This document shows, in pieces, positions 14,201 to 29,200 of a DNA stretch of 64,000 nt (position 1 is the stretch's first letter; each line of letters starts with the position of its first letter). Source of the stretch: Podarcis cretensis (Eukaryota). Under the pieces are notes generated by a model. That model saw only the letters and a program-made list of their open reading frames with translations. It had not been told where the DNA came from and ran no database searches. The DNA lies in assembly GCA_951804945.1 (NCBI GenBank), contig OX638157.1:30256001-30320000 (forward strand). The letters are read 5' to 3'. The translations under genes and the position numbers were made by a program.

Positions 14201-17200
14201 TGACTCAATGTGTGTTTGTCATAATCATGAGAGGTGTTATTCTTTCTGAAGCTCAAATGAGGCTAAACATTTAGTTCTAAGGTTTCAACGCTTTAAAACT
14301 AGTGTAACTGCAAGCAGTTAGAAACTGAAAAGAAATATATTTTGAAAAAATTGAAAATGATTAAATAAATTACAAATCAGTAGGGTTGAATCCATACTAA
14401 GTTAGTCACATTTTAGCCCCACTGAAATCCATGGAATTTAAGTTGGCCCATTGATTTCAATGAGATGAAAGTGTATGTCTGGATCCAAGTCATGGTGAAC
14501 TGTTGCAAACTTTAATATTATTACATGCACATCTTAGGCTTTCTATCCCACAGATTAATTGATGGATAATTTATTTGCATCAGTCACCCACCATTGTGAA
14601 AGTGAACATGTATAAACATACTAAGCAATCAAAATTGCCAAACTAAATTAATAATTGTATTGTTTAAAACTTGCAGTAAAGCAAATGACCAAGTGAGGCA
14701 ACACTGGTTTTCTATTGACTACAAATTAAGTGTAATATGAGACAGCACAGTGAGAAGGTGTATTCTGAAATTATCATGTATTGCTTTAGCAAGGTCATGT
14801 TCAAGAAGTGAAGCTACTATACATGGCTCAATTAATTGGCTAAAGTAATTACATTTTGGGGAAATTATTTCATATGAAAGTCACAAAATAACATTTTTTT
14901 CTTTATAGTTATATAGTTCTCAGGGTAACATTGTTTTGCTCTTTTTTGTATGGATTTGTTACACCTATTGGTCTAATTACTGAAGATGGTCTTTCCCTGT
15001 GGGCTCAGATTCTATTTTAGCTGGAAAACTATTAGCAAATTAAAAGAGTGAATATAGAGCAAGGGTAAAGCAAAAGAAAGGCAAATCAAGTCTTCAGCAT
15101 AGAAGGTGAAAACATAAGAGTTTTGCCATTATGGTTGACTAACATTGGATTATCTTGATTTAGATATCAATTTTGATCTAACTGGATATCTTAATAAATT
15201 CATTATAGCAACTGGAGTTTTAAACTAGCATGGTGTGTTTTCAAAATAGTGTTACAGGTTTTCTTTCTACGGAAAGTTGACAACTACCAGAGGTATTAGT
15301 CTTTTAAAGACTTAACTTATTGAGTGGGGACTACTACATCAGATATATTAAGTGTTATCGCTAAGAGTAAAATGGGACCAAGTGGCCATAAAATCAAAAA
15401 GTACAATCTGTAACCATTCTGTTCTGTGGTTTGCATATCATACTAAGCCAAACCATATCATGCTAAGTGTGCGGGCTCTGGGAGAGATTACAGCCACTTT
15501 GCTCCTCCTTGGTTGTTTTGCTGCTGAATTGAGTTGAGCCACGGTTTGGTGCAATGTGGATCTGAACCTGGGCTCCTGGTTAGCTCACCCAGATAAACCA
15601 CAAGCTTAGAGTGTACAGTGTTTATATCCCCCCCCTTTTCTTCTTTAACAGACCACCAAGATTAATGGGTGAAGGTTTTGTTGTGATGCAATCAAATGAT
15701 GTTGATATCTACTATTATATGGATGAACCAGGTAAGTTCAGTTTCTGCTCAGAGGCTAAAATTCGTTACAGGCACGTAGTTCTCATAGTTGCTTAGTAAA
15801 CAGCTGCTAAGTAGGCATTTTTAGATTGGGAAAATAGTATGGGGGAGGGGGGAGTGTTCAAGTCACCCCAAAGCAGCCCAGCCCCCCTAGCCTCTGGTAG
15901 TTACTTTTAACTAGTTTTAACTAGTTTTCATGCAAGCAGCAGGGACAGGGCACCTCGCAGAACCGATGGGCAGGAAAGCTTCCCTGCTGCGCATTAGCTC
16001 TGCCCATCCACGGAGCAGACCTGTGTCTTTGGCTGGCACGCATGCAGGAGGGACAGGGAAGCATTCCTGTACCCTTTTCTCTAGAAAAAAGCACTCCATA
16101 TATTAATTGCATAGTAATAAGTAAATGGTTCTATGTTAATTGGTAGTAGTTTACAGATGATATGTTGCTTGAATATTTGTTATATTTAAAATGCTTCTGC
16201 TGTTTTCTAAAATACAGGGCTTGTACCAGAAGAATCAGAGGAAACTAATGAGGGAGAAACAAGTAATGAGGATAGTAAATTGCAAGACCTCCCGCCCTGT
16301 TGGGGATTAGATATAGTTTGTGGCAAAGGAACAGATTTCAACTATGGTCCATGGGCTGACAGGCAAAGGTACTGTTGTTTAATTATTTTGTTTTTATATC
16401 TACTGTTAAAATTGAAGAATATAATCAAAACAGATTTTCCAGCAAAGTTGTCCTAGCTACTTTCATGTGCCTAGAATTTGAGGACATCAATCCTTTTAAA
16501 AAAAATAAATATATGCTTGCTTGTATTATACTCTGTTGTGAATTTTGCTTTCTCTATTGTTCACACCCATGTTCATGCACCTGCATGTTTAGAGTCTACC
16601 TGTTTGTTCAGAGATTAGACATATCCCAGTTTGATAATTTTAAAAGGAAGGCCTCTGCACCAGATGTCTTCTAAAAGTTTTGGGCTACAGAGGTCTCATA
16701 TAGCTCTTTTATAAGACAACTTTGATCAAGTGTTCAGTGGTGAATGAACAGTAGTGCTTCCCTGGAAACTCATTTTGTCTGTTCGTAGGGATTTTCCCTC
16801 CTGAATCTTGAAGAATAACTTTATGTAAGGCTGCCACTGGGTCCACTGTGTTGTTTGCCTGTTTGAGGAACACAACTTGGCTTTTCAAAAGCAGATTGGT
16901 GTTTCAGAACGATTCTTATTATTTTGTTACTTGTTGAATTTGTTAGTTGCTTTATCTTGCCCAGAGCAACTTTCAACCAACCAGATAAAAAACCCCACAT
17001 AGATACATTAAATCAAGAGAAAAAAGAAATACATTAAAAACATCCATCCCACTTTTAAATGGCTACAGATAGAAGGCCAAAGGCCTGCTTATAGAGGAAA
17101 GTTTTTGCCTGGCTCCTGAAGTTATATAAAGATGGTGTCAGGTGAGCCTCTCTGGGGAGAGCATTCCACATTGCAAAAAAGGCGTGTTATTGTGTTGCCA

Positions 17201-20200
17201 CCCTTTGAACCTCTTGTGGAGGGGGCACACGAATAAGGGCCTCAGATTATGATCTCAGGGTCTGGAATGGATAACCTTTTCTTTCTACTGCATTCCTTTG
17301 GCAGTGGTGGGCAGGGCCAAAGTCAACAGTGGGCTAGAAGGGTATAAAGCCAAAAATAAATGCACCACTTTCTTTATGTTTCTCTCCAAGCAGTGGGCTG
17401 TCAGGGGAGAGTTAAATCCCACTTGCCATAGGTCTATATTGCTTGCGTCCAGAGAGTTTTCTCCACCTTCCATTGCTTTGTCCATTTTGGCTTTCCCCCA
17501 TTCTGTTTTTCCCCCCTCTCCCACTCTCCATCCTGGCTCCCCCTGCAATAAAACTAGGCCAAGGTCTGTAGCTTTCCACCCCTTCTCTGGACAATTTTGT
17601 TGAAGTTCAGCAACTTCATCTTGAATAAGTTGTGCTGAACAAGGCAGGGATAGGTAGCATGCTTCACTTCTACAGCCTGCTGCCCTTTACTGCTCTAGGG
17701 AGCAGGGTCGGGTTCTGTGCAGAAGTGCATTTTATATGAGTTTATATGCATTGTTGAGAGGACGCAGTGAATCTTCTATAGGAGGCTCTTATATTTTGAC
17801 GTTAGCATTTGTTGGATGCTTACTGTAACTTTCAAATAACATTGATTTATTTAAAATCTCTTTAGTTAACTTCACAAGGTCAGCTGTGTAAATCTTTTTG
17901 TTTTCTTATTTCTATTTTCAGTTTCTAGGGTAATTGAATTTTATAGTGCCTTAAGATAAATCTGGAATATAGCTTCACTAATCAAGCCTTTTGAGAAATA
18001 TAGCATAACACGTATTTTTTCACTCTCCAGTTCATGTTCTTGCTTCTTGTGTGCTGTGTAGAGTGCCTTATAGAAAATATATAAATAGCTCATATTCATT
18101 TCTAGATGAGTAGCTGAATTAATATTCTGCTGTTGTTTTGTAGGGACTGTTTGTGGAAATTCTTTTTCCCACCAGATTACCAAGTCATGAAAGTCTCAGA
18201 AATTCCACAGCCTGGGAAGCCAAGACAAATCCTTGCTTTTGAGCTCCGTATGAATATCATTGCAGATGCCACTATTGATCTGCTCTTCACAAAAAATAGG
18301 GTAAATACGAAAGACATGTGAGATTTGGGAATATACATGTATATTTTTTAGATTAGTCTTTCAAATATCATTATTTCAGTTTTGTAAGATGTCTTCTGAA
18401 ATAAAATGGAATTTTCTTTGTTTGTCATTCTGTTTTTGAATATATATAAATATTCATATCCAATATATTTTGGCTGATCACATAAATCGTAACCTACCAA
18501 AATATATTACTTAAATTACTAACAATATTTCTACCTATTTGGTTGTGAATAAAATTTCACAAAGTGAAATGCTCACCTTGGTGAGGACTGTTGAATCATA
18601 ACCACTAAATATAGTATGCTGTTCATGAGCAAACATTAATTTGTCTAGCTGTTATCTGTTGCTCTTCTTATAGCCTCAGATGAATACTCCTCATGCTTTT
18701 CTTCAGCTTCATTGAGTTTTTCTTTTACTTTTTAAATGTATATCAAGCTTTTAATCAGCTGTGGCCTACTAGTTCCCTTTCATAAATCCTAGAAGTTTCT
18801 AAAATGATAACTTGAGTCGTGATGTAGTCTGAGTTCAAATAATCAAAATAATGTCTAATTTTTATTGGCAGGAAACTAATGCTGTTCATGTAAACGTTGG
18901 AGCAGGCTCTTATTTGGAGGTTAACATTCCCATGACTGTAGCAGAAGATGGTAGGTGGAGACTAAAAGTGTTTTATGTTGAAATAATTCCAGAAGAACAG
19001 TTACTTGCAGAACCTGGTTTAATAAGATTACATGTGTGAGGGTTGAGTTTCAGTATTACCAAAGAATTTTCTCAAAATAATTCCTGCGTTGGAAGGGGTT
19101 GGACTAGATCACCCTCATGGTCCCTTTCGAATCGACAGCCTGTGGATCTATGTCTGTCCACAGCTTGCATTCATTGTTTAAAACTTTTTTGTTGTTGGCT
19201 TCTATACTTTCTTAAGATTTATGAACTTTAGTTCCAGTGCTATCTACTTGGGAGCGAGATACAGTTTTACTTTTTAAGTATATGAATGATCTGGAACATT
19301 GAAGAACTATCATGCTGATCTTTCTGAATTAATAAGTGATGAACTCAAGATATGACACTTTTGGTTGTATTCTTTGTATACTTCTTTGCAAATTTTCCTA
19401 TTGCAAGGGCATGAGAGATTCTTTTCCCAAAACACTGTAGATAAAAAAAATTGTACTGTGTACTCATAAGATGCTCTGCCACCTTGCAGCATCAGATTAT
19501 TTTTTTTAACTGAGTAGAAGACTGATCTAAAAATCTTAATTTTTAATTCTATCAGTCCATGCTGTGTGGTTAGATAGACTGATAGACTGGAGGGACCACT
19601 ATATTTTTTAAAAAATGAAGAAAGACATAGCGGCAATTCTTGAATTTTTTGGTTCTGTTTACTAGGTTACTCTCCTACTATTAAAGGACAGCTTTTGCAT
19701 ATAGATGCCACCAGCAGTATGCAGTTCCGGACTCTCTTAGAAGCAGAAATGTTAGCAGTAAGTATTCTTTTGCATAAGCGTCCGAGTGATTTCTACTGTA
19801 ATTTGCTTTGAAACTTACCTGAATGTAAGGAATTACTGGAAAAACCCGGGGATTTAAAATAAATTAAACTGGAACCAGTGAATCCAGATGTTCACTTCTT
19901 TGGTATGTAGGTTCTAGGCTGCTACATTCTGCATCAGCTGCAGATTTCAGTTTTTGAGAGTAGCCCCACAGAGACTATGCTGGCTAGGTATAGCCTGGGT
20001 GTATGTTAAGGATTATTTTCCTTCATTATTACCCTTTCCCGGTCTTCAGAGCACCCACATTGGACTGCAAAGTAGCAAACCAAACCAAACAGCACAGAGA
20101 TTCTGACTGTGGAGCTTCTGTATCAGACTTAGCTTAATCCTGCCTTCTGGAACTTTTCATTCAGTCTGCCTTGCCCACAAAGCCTCTTCTGATTCTTCAG

Positions 20201-23200
20201 CCAGTGTGAGGATTTGTCACAGACTGTCTTTGTGAACATCCCATCTTGCCAATTTCAGTCTCTGGAACTTGCTGCACATTTCGAGATACCACACCAATTC
20301 TGCAAAATACTTCATTGTTGCTGTCTCAGAATCTGGTCTTCCAGATTTAGCAGGCTTCTTGTACAGGGGTGTGTCCTTTTTTAATACAAAAAACTTTAGG
20401 TTGAAAGCCGCTTGATATTTTTACAGTGAAAGCAGATGGCGAAATTACATAGTTTGAGTTCATTTATTATAGATGTTTTTAGATAAATCATGTGGGAATT
20501 GACCTTTTAACTTGACAGACTTAAACATTAGTAAACTGGGTTAACTCTCTGCTCATCTTAGGAAGAAATAATTTCTAAATTACGCATTGATTACACAGTT
20601 GTCATTTAATTTTGGCTGTTAATCACCATATCAAGAGTGAATCCTTCTGCTTGTTTATTTTGTTTAGTTTCATATTAATGCCTGCTACCCCCGGATATGG
20701 AACATGCCACAGTCATGGCAGTGTGAAGTTGAAGTTTACAAAGCAACCTACCACTTTATATTTGCTCAGAAAAGTTTCTTTTCAGGTAACTGTTCTGTTT
20801 TTGTGTACTTTGCTTTTTCAAATGGTATCAACGTTGATATGGGGTGTGTTTTTGCATAGATGTATGCTTATTCAGAATTGTTACAAATATATACTATTTT
20901 CTTGTTCACTCCCTATTGCTTTAGACATCAAACCAATCTGTGGAACTTTTTTTTTATATCACAAGAGCATGAAAATACATGCCTGCGCAGCAATTTCAGT
21001 AAGGAGGTTTTGGTGCACTGGCCATCTAAATGATTCATGTTTCACAGAAATTATACTGCCGTGATGCATATGTTTGTGTTAAAATAGAAATATTAACAAA
21101 TCTCTCATCCCTTCAACCCCACCCTTGCCCCCATCATCCTGGGCCATACAAGCCTATTGTTTTGCTTTCTAATAAGCAAGCACTATTCAAAAGCTCTAAA
21201 CAAACAAGGGCAAAACAAAATTTGTAATAGTAACTGACTGTTTACTTTTCAAGTGGCTGTCTTTTATGTTACTTTGTAATCCCACAATATTCCATAGAAG
21301 TTGAGCTATGTAAAATTACAGCTGTGTTTTCAAATTATAAGACATTACATTTAATTCTTTTTATAATTAAAGGTTTCTGTGAATGCAGCTCATTTCATAA
21401 ACACCCTAAGCCAAACATGAAGTTAAAATGAAATAAATGAGAAGCAGAGGTGATTTCCAAAGTCATTTTTGCTTCTTTTTGCAAAAAAGGGAAAGAATGC
21501 TGGACTACTTTGATTGCATAACATTCAGCACTTGTAATATTTTAAATTTTGATAGCTCATTCAAGTGTATTGTTTCTTGTCTTCCGAAATATACTTATTT
21601 AACACTGAAGTCAAAATTCTAAAATGGAAACACAACCCTAAAACTGACTTTTGCAGTCTATGAGACTACTAAAAAAGTTAAGATTTTTGAAAATAACCGT
21701 TTGGATTACAGTACTGGGAATGAGGCAAATGAGTATTTCTCTTTCCCACAAATGCCTTTAACTGCATATTTAAAGTAGTAGAGATGGAGTTTTGTTTGCA
21801 CAACAGGACATCATTCTCTGTCCAAATCTGATCCAAAGGGCAGATCTTAAAGATGAATGGGAGGGCAGGGAGGCAGTGCTGCAGGGAGGGAGGAAAGGAT
21901 GGGCAAGTCCCATTGTTTTAGCTGGCCACTGCTGGATATCACTGTTGCTGTTATTGTAGGCATAGATGCTTAATTTTTTGCAGTGTGGTCCTTTGCATAC
22001 TTAACTGACAGGACGTTCCATTGAACAAATTGGGATTTATTTCTGATTGGAAAAATGCATAGATTAAAGCTGCAACAGGGCAGGGGTTTTTTTTAGTGCA
22101 TTATGCAACAGAAAAGGTAAAGAAACTGACTTTTTAATGCAACAAAATATAATCAGTTTTACAATTGTCTTTTCACACTAGTGACTTGCAGTAACATGTC
22201 TCCTTTATTTTTAGATTTGATTCAGGACTGGTCTAGTGACAGTGCTCCTGATATCTTCTCGTTTGTTCCATATTCATGGAATTTTAAAATCATGTTTCAT
22301 CAGTTTGAAATGATTTGGGCAGCAAATCAGCACAACTGGATTGATTGTTCCACAAAACAACAGGAAAATGGTGAGAATATTTTAAAGCAGGCATGCTACA
22401 CTCCTTTCCATATGCAGCAGTAATACATGCTTAACCAAAACAAATTCCTTCTTATCTGAAGATAATAGTCAGCTCCTTTCCCCCTTTAATTATGAAAAGC
22501 CTTTAAATCCCTGGTGTAGCAGTGCCATTTGCTAGTTCTACTTATAGAGTCCAGTTCCTACAATCACTAAATTTCCACTGTTTTTCAGTGTAGCTAATTG
22601 TATATTTTAAAGAGTGCTCCACAGAAAGGGGAAATAAATCAGTAGTGATTAACCAGGAAGTATGGATTTGCCTGCACGTTCATTGGGCATCCTTTTTCAG
22701 GCATTCCTTAACACTGAGGGTATCACTTGTCCTTTATTGTCATTTAGAAAGCAATTGATATTGAAGAGGTATTGACTCATCAAAAGGGGAATGGAAGCAG
22801 GTACAAACAAAATTCTAAGATGCCTGTTCTCTTGTTCCAAGTAGGAGTATTCCAAAACACAGAGGTGACAAGAGTGGCTTATGTGCCGTCTGAATAAGCA
22901 GATGGAAATCCACCTGTTTTGATAAAAACCAAAGTCAGGAATGCAAGAAGGGATGACGGGCCCAACCCATGTCCATGCAGAGTATTCTGGGCACCAGTGT
23001 GGCCTGATGATATATTTGGCCTGTGTTGCCATTTTCAGGGCTGTGCTTGTAGTGAGCACACTGTTTTCGATGCCAGATGACTTTGCATCAAGGGCAGTGA
23101 CCATCATAGGGACGGTTCAGGTTATAGCCTGCCCAAATGTCCTGAATCTATCAATTACAAGATACAGCATGACTGTACATGACTCAGTCATTTGTGGGAG

Positions 23201-26200
23201 CATCTTGGGCTTCCTGGATACTTTCTCATGCTGAGAAACTGTCCTTTTCCAGTAGTTGTACTACTCATACTGTTGTTATTGGGAAAAGGTCACACCTCAT
23301 CATCCTCTATCCAGTCATTTATAGTCTTAACATATTGGTCTTCATTATGAATGATGATGTGTGACTCTCCTCTGCTCCCTGCCCCCCCCCCTTGCTGGTT
23401 GTGAATTTTAAAAATTATTTTCTGGATGAATGCTAGCATATGTTAAATACTGTATTTTTCGCCCTATAGGATGCACTTTTTCCCCTCCTAAAATGAAGGG
23501 GAAATGTGTGTGCGTCCTATGGGGCGAATGCAGGCTTTCGCTGAAGCCTGGAGAGCGAGAGGCGTCGGTGCGCACCGACCCCTCTCGCTCTCCAGGCTTC
23601 AGGAGAGCCCCAGCGCCAGCCCCACAAGATCGGGGGACAGCGGGGAGGCGGAACGCTGCCATCCCACTGTCTCCCAATGTGGTTTTGGAGGCTGACGGCG
23701 GGGAGACGCGTGCTTCTCCCCGCCACCAGCCTCGCAAGCTCGGGGGACAGTGGGGAGGTGCAGCGCGTCTTCCCGCTGTCCCTGGACCTGGTCTGAAGGC
23801 TGGCAGTGGGGAGAAGAGCACTTCTCCCCACTACCGGCCCCACAAGCCCCTGGGGGGGAATTTTTTTTTCTTTATTTCCCCCCCCCCCCCAAAAAAAACA
23901 CCTTGGTGCGTCCTATGGGCCGGTGCGTCCTATGGGGCGAAAAATTTGGTAAATAAAGAGTGGGAACACTCATATATTTAAAACATGTGTGATAGGTTTT
24001 GCCTCCATTGCTCTTTGGTGCCACCTGGATTGATGTTACCAGACCTTCCTTTTCCTCCTCTTGCAGGTGTCTAGTCCCCTTTTGCATTTGATACAGTCCT
24101 GCTTTTTGGTTACAGCAGCTTGGCTGTGCCATGTGTGGATCAGAAATATGCAGATGACACATTGTTCTCTTAATGATCCACACAGATGTGTTGCTGGGTG
24201 TTTAAGACACAAATTGCTTGCAATTTGCATATGCTTATTTATGCATATAGATGCAAATTTAGGCCAGCGGGAAAAGTCACTCTGTAAGTAAAGTTTTTTT
24301 AAAAAGAATAAGTTAGAAGGAATGGAAAGGCTGGAACAGGAGAGATGAAGCTCTGGGCAAAAGACTTTGAGTGCCCCCTGGGCCACTCTCCATCAATGTG
24401 CTTGGTATTGCAGTAAGGAGAAAAATGTGGTTGCATCTAGTGGCTGCTTGAATAAGCTTTCTTTTGAATCTGAGTAAAAATGGAAAAGGCTCTTTCATTA
24501 TCCATATAAATGATATCTATTGAATTAAATTATTTCAGTTTTTCTTCTTGTTCTGTTAACCTTCTGTAGCTGAGTGATACATGTGTGTAATTAGTTTAGG
24601 AAGAGGAATGATAAAAAGCTCTTTTCTTTGTCCTCTCATATATCTGCTGAAGCACTAGTGTGGTCTTTGTTAAGAGAATTTTAACAAATAATTAATATTT
24701 GATTCCCCCCCCCCCCCCCGTTTTATTTTCTTGCAGTTTATGTTGCAGCCTGTGGGGAAACATTAAACATAGTTTTCTCCTTGCCTTTTACTGACTTTGT
24801 TCCAAGCACATGCAGCACTAGGTTCTCTTTAAGGGTAAGTGGCTTTACTATTAAAACAATAAATTCCATATGCCTCCTCGTTCTTTGCAAAGAAACCCTG
24901 ATCTTTAAAGAAGAGGAGACATAATTCATCACAACTGTTCTAAAAAAAATCTTATTTTTCATTCTTTAGTGCATATTCCAAATGCTTTTTATCTTTTACT
25001 CAGTTATCTCAAAAGACCGTGGCAGTGCTGGTGTGACTAATGCTAAGTAACTGCATTAGTAATTGAAGGCCAAAACCTTAAATAACTGTATTTCTACTTG
25101 GAGAATAACTCTTCATAACATGCATACCTTTGGCTAGGCATTTTAATCTTCATTCTAAAGGCATGCACACAGTGGCAATTGTAGTCTTGCAGTTAAATAA
25201 TAATAGAAATACGAAGATTAACAATTTGGAACGATAAGCACAGTGCCTTTTGTATAGCTTTGAATATATGAGTTTACTAACAGTAGTAGGAAAGTGTAGT
25301 TATTTGCTTTGCGGTGAATTTATTGAGATTGTTTCAGTGATATGCATTTTCTTTAATGTAACTGATTTTATCATATGTTATGTAATTGTGCAAAACAGTA
25401 AACTCTTTGTAAAAATGTTATGATGTATTATTCCTTCTATAAAATGTTCTTTAAAAGTGTAAGTTATGTTATTTACTATGAACAAAATAGTAAATTCCCC
25501 ATTACATTCCTTGAAATTGTTATTCTCTACACTCAGCTTAGATTGGTGAGAACAGTAGATATGAATTGCGCATGAAAGTAATGATTTTGTTGCACATGTG
25601 TTCAAAAAAGTAATGTACAAAAATGGTATAGGGCAAATACCAGTCCTCAGGCCAAAAGTATTTTCCATAAAGGTTTGCAGCTGTTGTATGGATATTGTGT
25701 AAGTCTTACATTCATGTTATATTTTCAGGGAGAAGGTCTTGATCTTCACTTACTTCTACCTGACTGCCACCCCAGTAAATATTCTCTTTTTATGCTGGTG
25801 AAAGATTGTCACCCTAACAAAGCAAATCCTGAGTCTTGCGTTTCGGCTGATAGTCAAAGTGGTCAAAAACCAAGCAAACAAAGGTGGAGGAACTTGACTC
25901 AAGAAGAGTGAGTTCTGTTTCTCTTACTAAATACAAAAATGTAACAAGGAGCTAATGTGTTACTATTCGTCTAGGTTCCTGTGTTTTCTCTCAGTGTTAT
26001 AAAATGGTTAATAAAGCAGTCAGCTATTACAAACATCTTTTATTTTATTTTAAGGGCTGGCTGGGTTGAATGCTGGACTGTACCAAGCATTATGCTCACA
26101 ATTGACTATGTGTGGCATCCAATTTATCCCCAGAAGGCTGATGAACAGTTAAAGCAGTCATGTAAGTGCCAACTTTGTCCCTATTATGTTTCAAACTGTT

Positions 26201-29200
26201 GAAAATGGCAGCTGTTATCATTTTGAAAGAGAAAATAGAACTTAATCAGGATACTTTGAATGCAAGCAGTAGAGTTCGTATCAAAAGTAGAAGGAAGGTG
26301 ACCTCAAAAATGCATTGAAAAACTTTAATTTATGATTTTCCACTATACAAACATATGCTACATGCCCTGGATTTCAAGGTATTCATACGTTACATTTTTT
26401 TTTTACAAAAAGAGCAGTAACAAGAACCCATTACCCCTAGAAAGTGTCAGGTAACCAAAGTTAACTAGTTTACTTGTTTGTATTTGTTTTTACATTTTCT
26501 ATGTTGCATTGTATTTCTTTTTCCATTTCACAAATAATCTCAGAAGGTCAATCCATAACTGTCCTTGTGTGGCTGGTTGAGACCTTGGATGGTCCTGATT
26601 ACTTAAGTATTGAATAAAGCAATACCATATATTAATGAATTTATCAGGTTTTTTTATGTCACTTTAGTCTCTGACTAAAGCCGTATACCAAATTATTTGC
26701 ATCTTGTGCTTCTTCAAGGGCAACAAGTTTAAAACTTTCAAAAGGTAACTTGAAGGGTTTCTGTACGGTCTAGAAAACTTGAAACATGTTGGACCATAAA
26801 TAATTTTCAGTGCACGACCGAGGCATCTTTTATACTGGTGAATGCTATTTGTTGTTCCTCTGATGGTCTTAGTCCGATATTAATTGTTCTTAATATGATA
26901 GGGAGTGAGCTGATCATCTAGAAGTCACTGATAGAGCAACATGAGCCCTGCATTTTATTTTAATGACTTTTGTGGCTTACATATTTTTTTTCTTTTCTGC
27001 TTACTTGGACAGTGGTTGACTGAAGGACAAAAAGTACACTTTGTTACTCATTTTTTTGCTCATAGTAAAAAGAAAGTGCAGGAACTTTTTGTTCAGAAGT
27101 ACATAGTATACATGCTTAATAACAGTTCTAAGTTTTCTTGACTCCTTTCTCCTGCCATGGTTTCCTAACCTATGTTACCTATGAGTAAACCCACTGAAAT
27201 TAATAGATGCCAATTAGTCATGACCATTAATTTCATGGGGCTTACTCTGCATAGCAGTAATTACAGCAACAACCCATACTTTGTTCAGTGAATATATAGG
27301 GTCTAAAAGCATAAAACATTATGTGTTAATTTTTAAAAAAATACAATTTACATACCACTTGATTACCGTAGGAAAAAACTCAAACTCAACTGCTTTGGTT
27401 ATACCAAAAGGTAAAACATTAAAATTATCACTAAAAAAAATTACAGCTGTAATTTAAAACACACAGGTAAAAAATGCAATAAAACAGACTAAAACAAATT
27501 AAAACTCCTGCTGACTTTCTAAACATCTGGGTAGACTTGTCTAAATAAGAATGTCTTCAGCAGGTGCTGTAAGGAATACAGTGAAGTTGCCTACCTGATA
27601 TCAAACGTTAAAGCTTCCTTGAGTTTTTATAACTATAAATCCATAAATGTTTTAGCTTGTTGTGCAAAATTATTTTCATTTACTCCCAAGTGTCAGAAAT
27701 GGAAGAATCAATCTTATCTGCATCAAGACCATCACAGAAAATGACAGACAGGGGTATATCCCCTTCCGGTTCTTCCCGTCTCCCTGTTGACCCCTCAGAG
27801 CTTCCACCGGACAGACTCCGTGTAGAACTGGAACTCTCTCCAGACTCCCATATAACTTTATATGGGCCTCTTTTGAAAGCCTTCCTTTCTATAAAGGTAT
27901 GATGGACTCGCTGGTCTTACCTTTATTAAAGCACATGGAACAAGCAATGTTTTGATCTATGAGTCATTTTACTGTGTGAAGGAAAGTCTAGATGGTTCTG
28001 GCTTGGGGAACTAAGTGTGATGTTTCTGTGTAGATATGGGTCAGCGTGTGCTGCCTTTTCATGTGGGCGATAGCAGAAATGTGAGCAGAGCAGTCTACCA
28101 CCAAGTTTTAAGTGTTTGCAGTTTGTTCTGTTTTGCTCTAGTATTGGGTGCTTTATAAATAATGAATATATTTTTGTTATTGTCAAATCAGACTGCCTCA
28201 TTGCTTTAAAAGCTTGGTAATTGGAAGCTTTTCATCTCTGAAGCATATGATAAGTTACTGAACCCCGATCATACTAACTATTCATATATAGTTTAAAAAC
28301 GAAAGCTTGTTGATTAGTTTAAATGGATTGTGGGAAAGGAGCTTTATTGTGGTGTCAAAGGTTTACGTTATGCTCTTTTATGATGTGTTTTGCTAATTGG
28401 TCCTGCCAGGAAAATTATTTCGGTGAAGATGACATGTACACTGATTTTGAGGAAGTGATTTCAAGCCCCGTACTGTCCATGTCAACTTCTTCAAGCTCTG
28501 GGTGGACTGCAGTAGGAGTTGATGCTGACAAAAAGGAGAGCGACACATCAGCCAGACATGCTCACCCCCTCACTTTGCGACCTTGGGATATTACCGTGCT
28601 TGTTAATGTGTACAAAGTGCATGGGCGACTGCCAGTGGTAAGTGCTTTGGGTGCTTTTTTTACCCCCAAGGATCAGATGTGCACCCAGTTGCTTAAAAAA
28701 ATAAGTACGCACATAGAAAAAGAGAATTCCTGACTTTGGTGTATTGGTCATGTTTGACTTGGGTGCGTCCCCTTAAGTAGTACACACGCAGCAATAGAAA
28801 ATATTGTAAAGGCACATGACAAAGCAATGTATAGTTCCTTGGACAAGGATATCTTATTGAGGTAGGGCAGTTTTTACCTTTGCCTCACCCCCTCCCTCCT
28901 TTCTTTGGTAATGATGTTGCTGCAGCCACAAGGTTATGGAGAAGCTGCAAATAGCTGTAGCCATTTTAGTAGTGAGTCTCTCACAGACACTGTTGATGCT
29001 TCTTCCCTCTCCATAGGATGCCACACAGCAGTTTTCTGTATTGTGCCAATAATCACATTTATTAATTAGTTCATTATCAAGAGTTCGGTTCTATCTTTCT
29101 ATAAAATATCCCAAATGATCTCTTTCTTTCTGGCAGCTGCTTGTGGAGTATTTTACTAAGCCTTAAACTTAAAAAATATGTGCTCTCCTTCCAGGCTTAC

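Noticed and set aside
22697-23364. 136-aa minus ORF / possible nested gene
   Set aside because: No recognisable domain or splice context; probably decayed repeat I cannot classify
23408-23981. Long overlapping ORFs (183, 137, 108 aa)
   Set aside because: They lie in the GC-rich Tc2-like MITE; stop-poor and palindromic, with no recognisable protein
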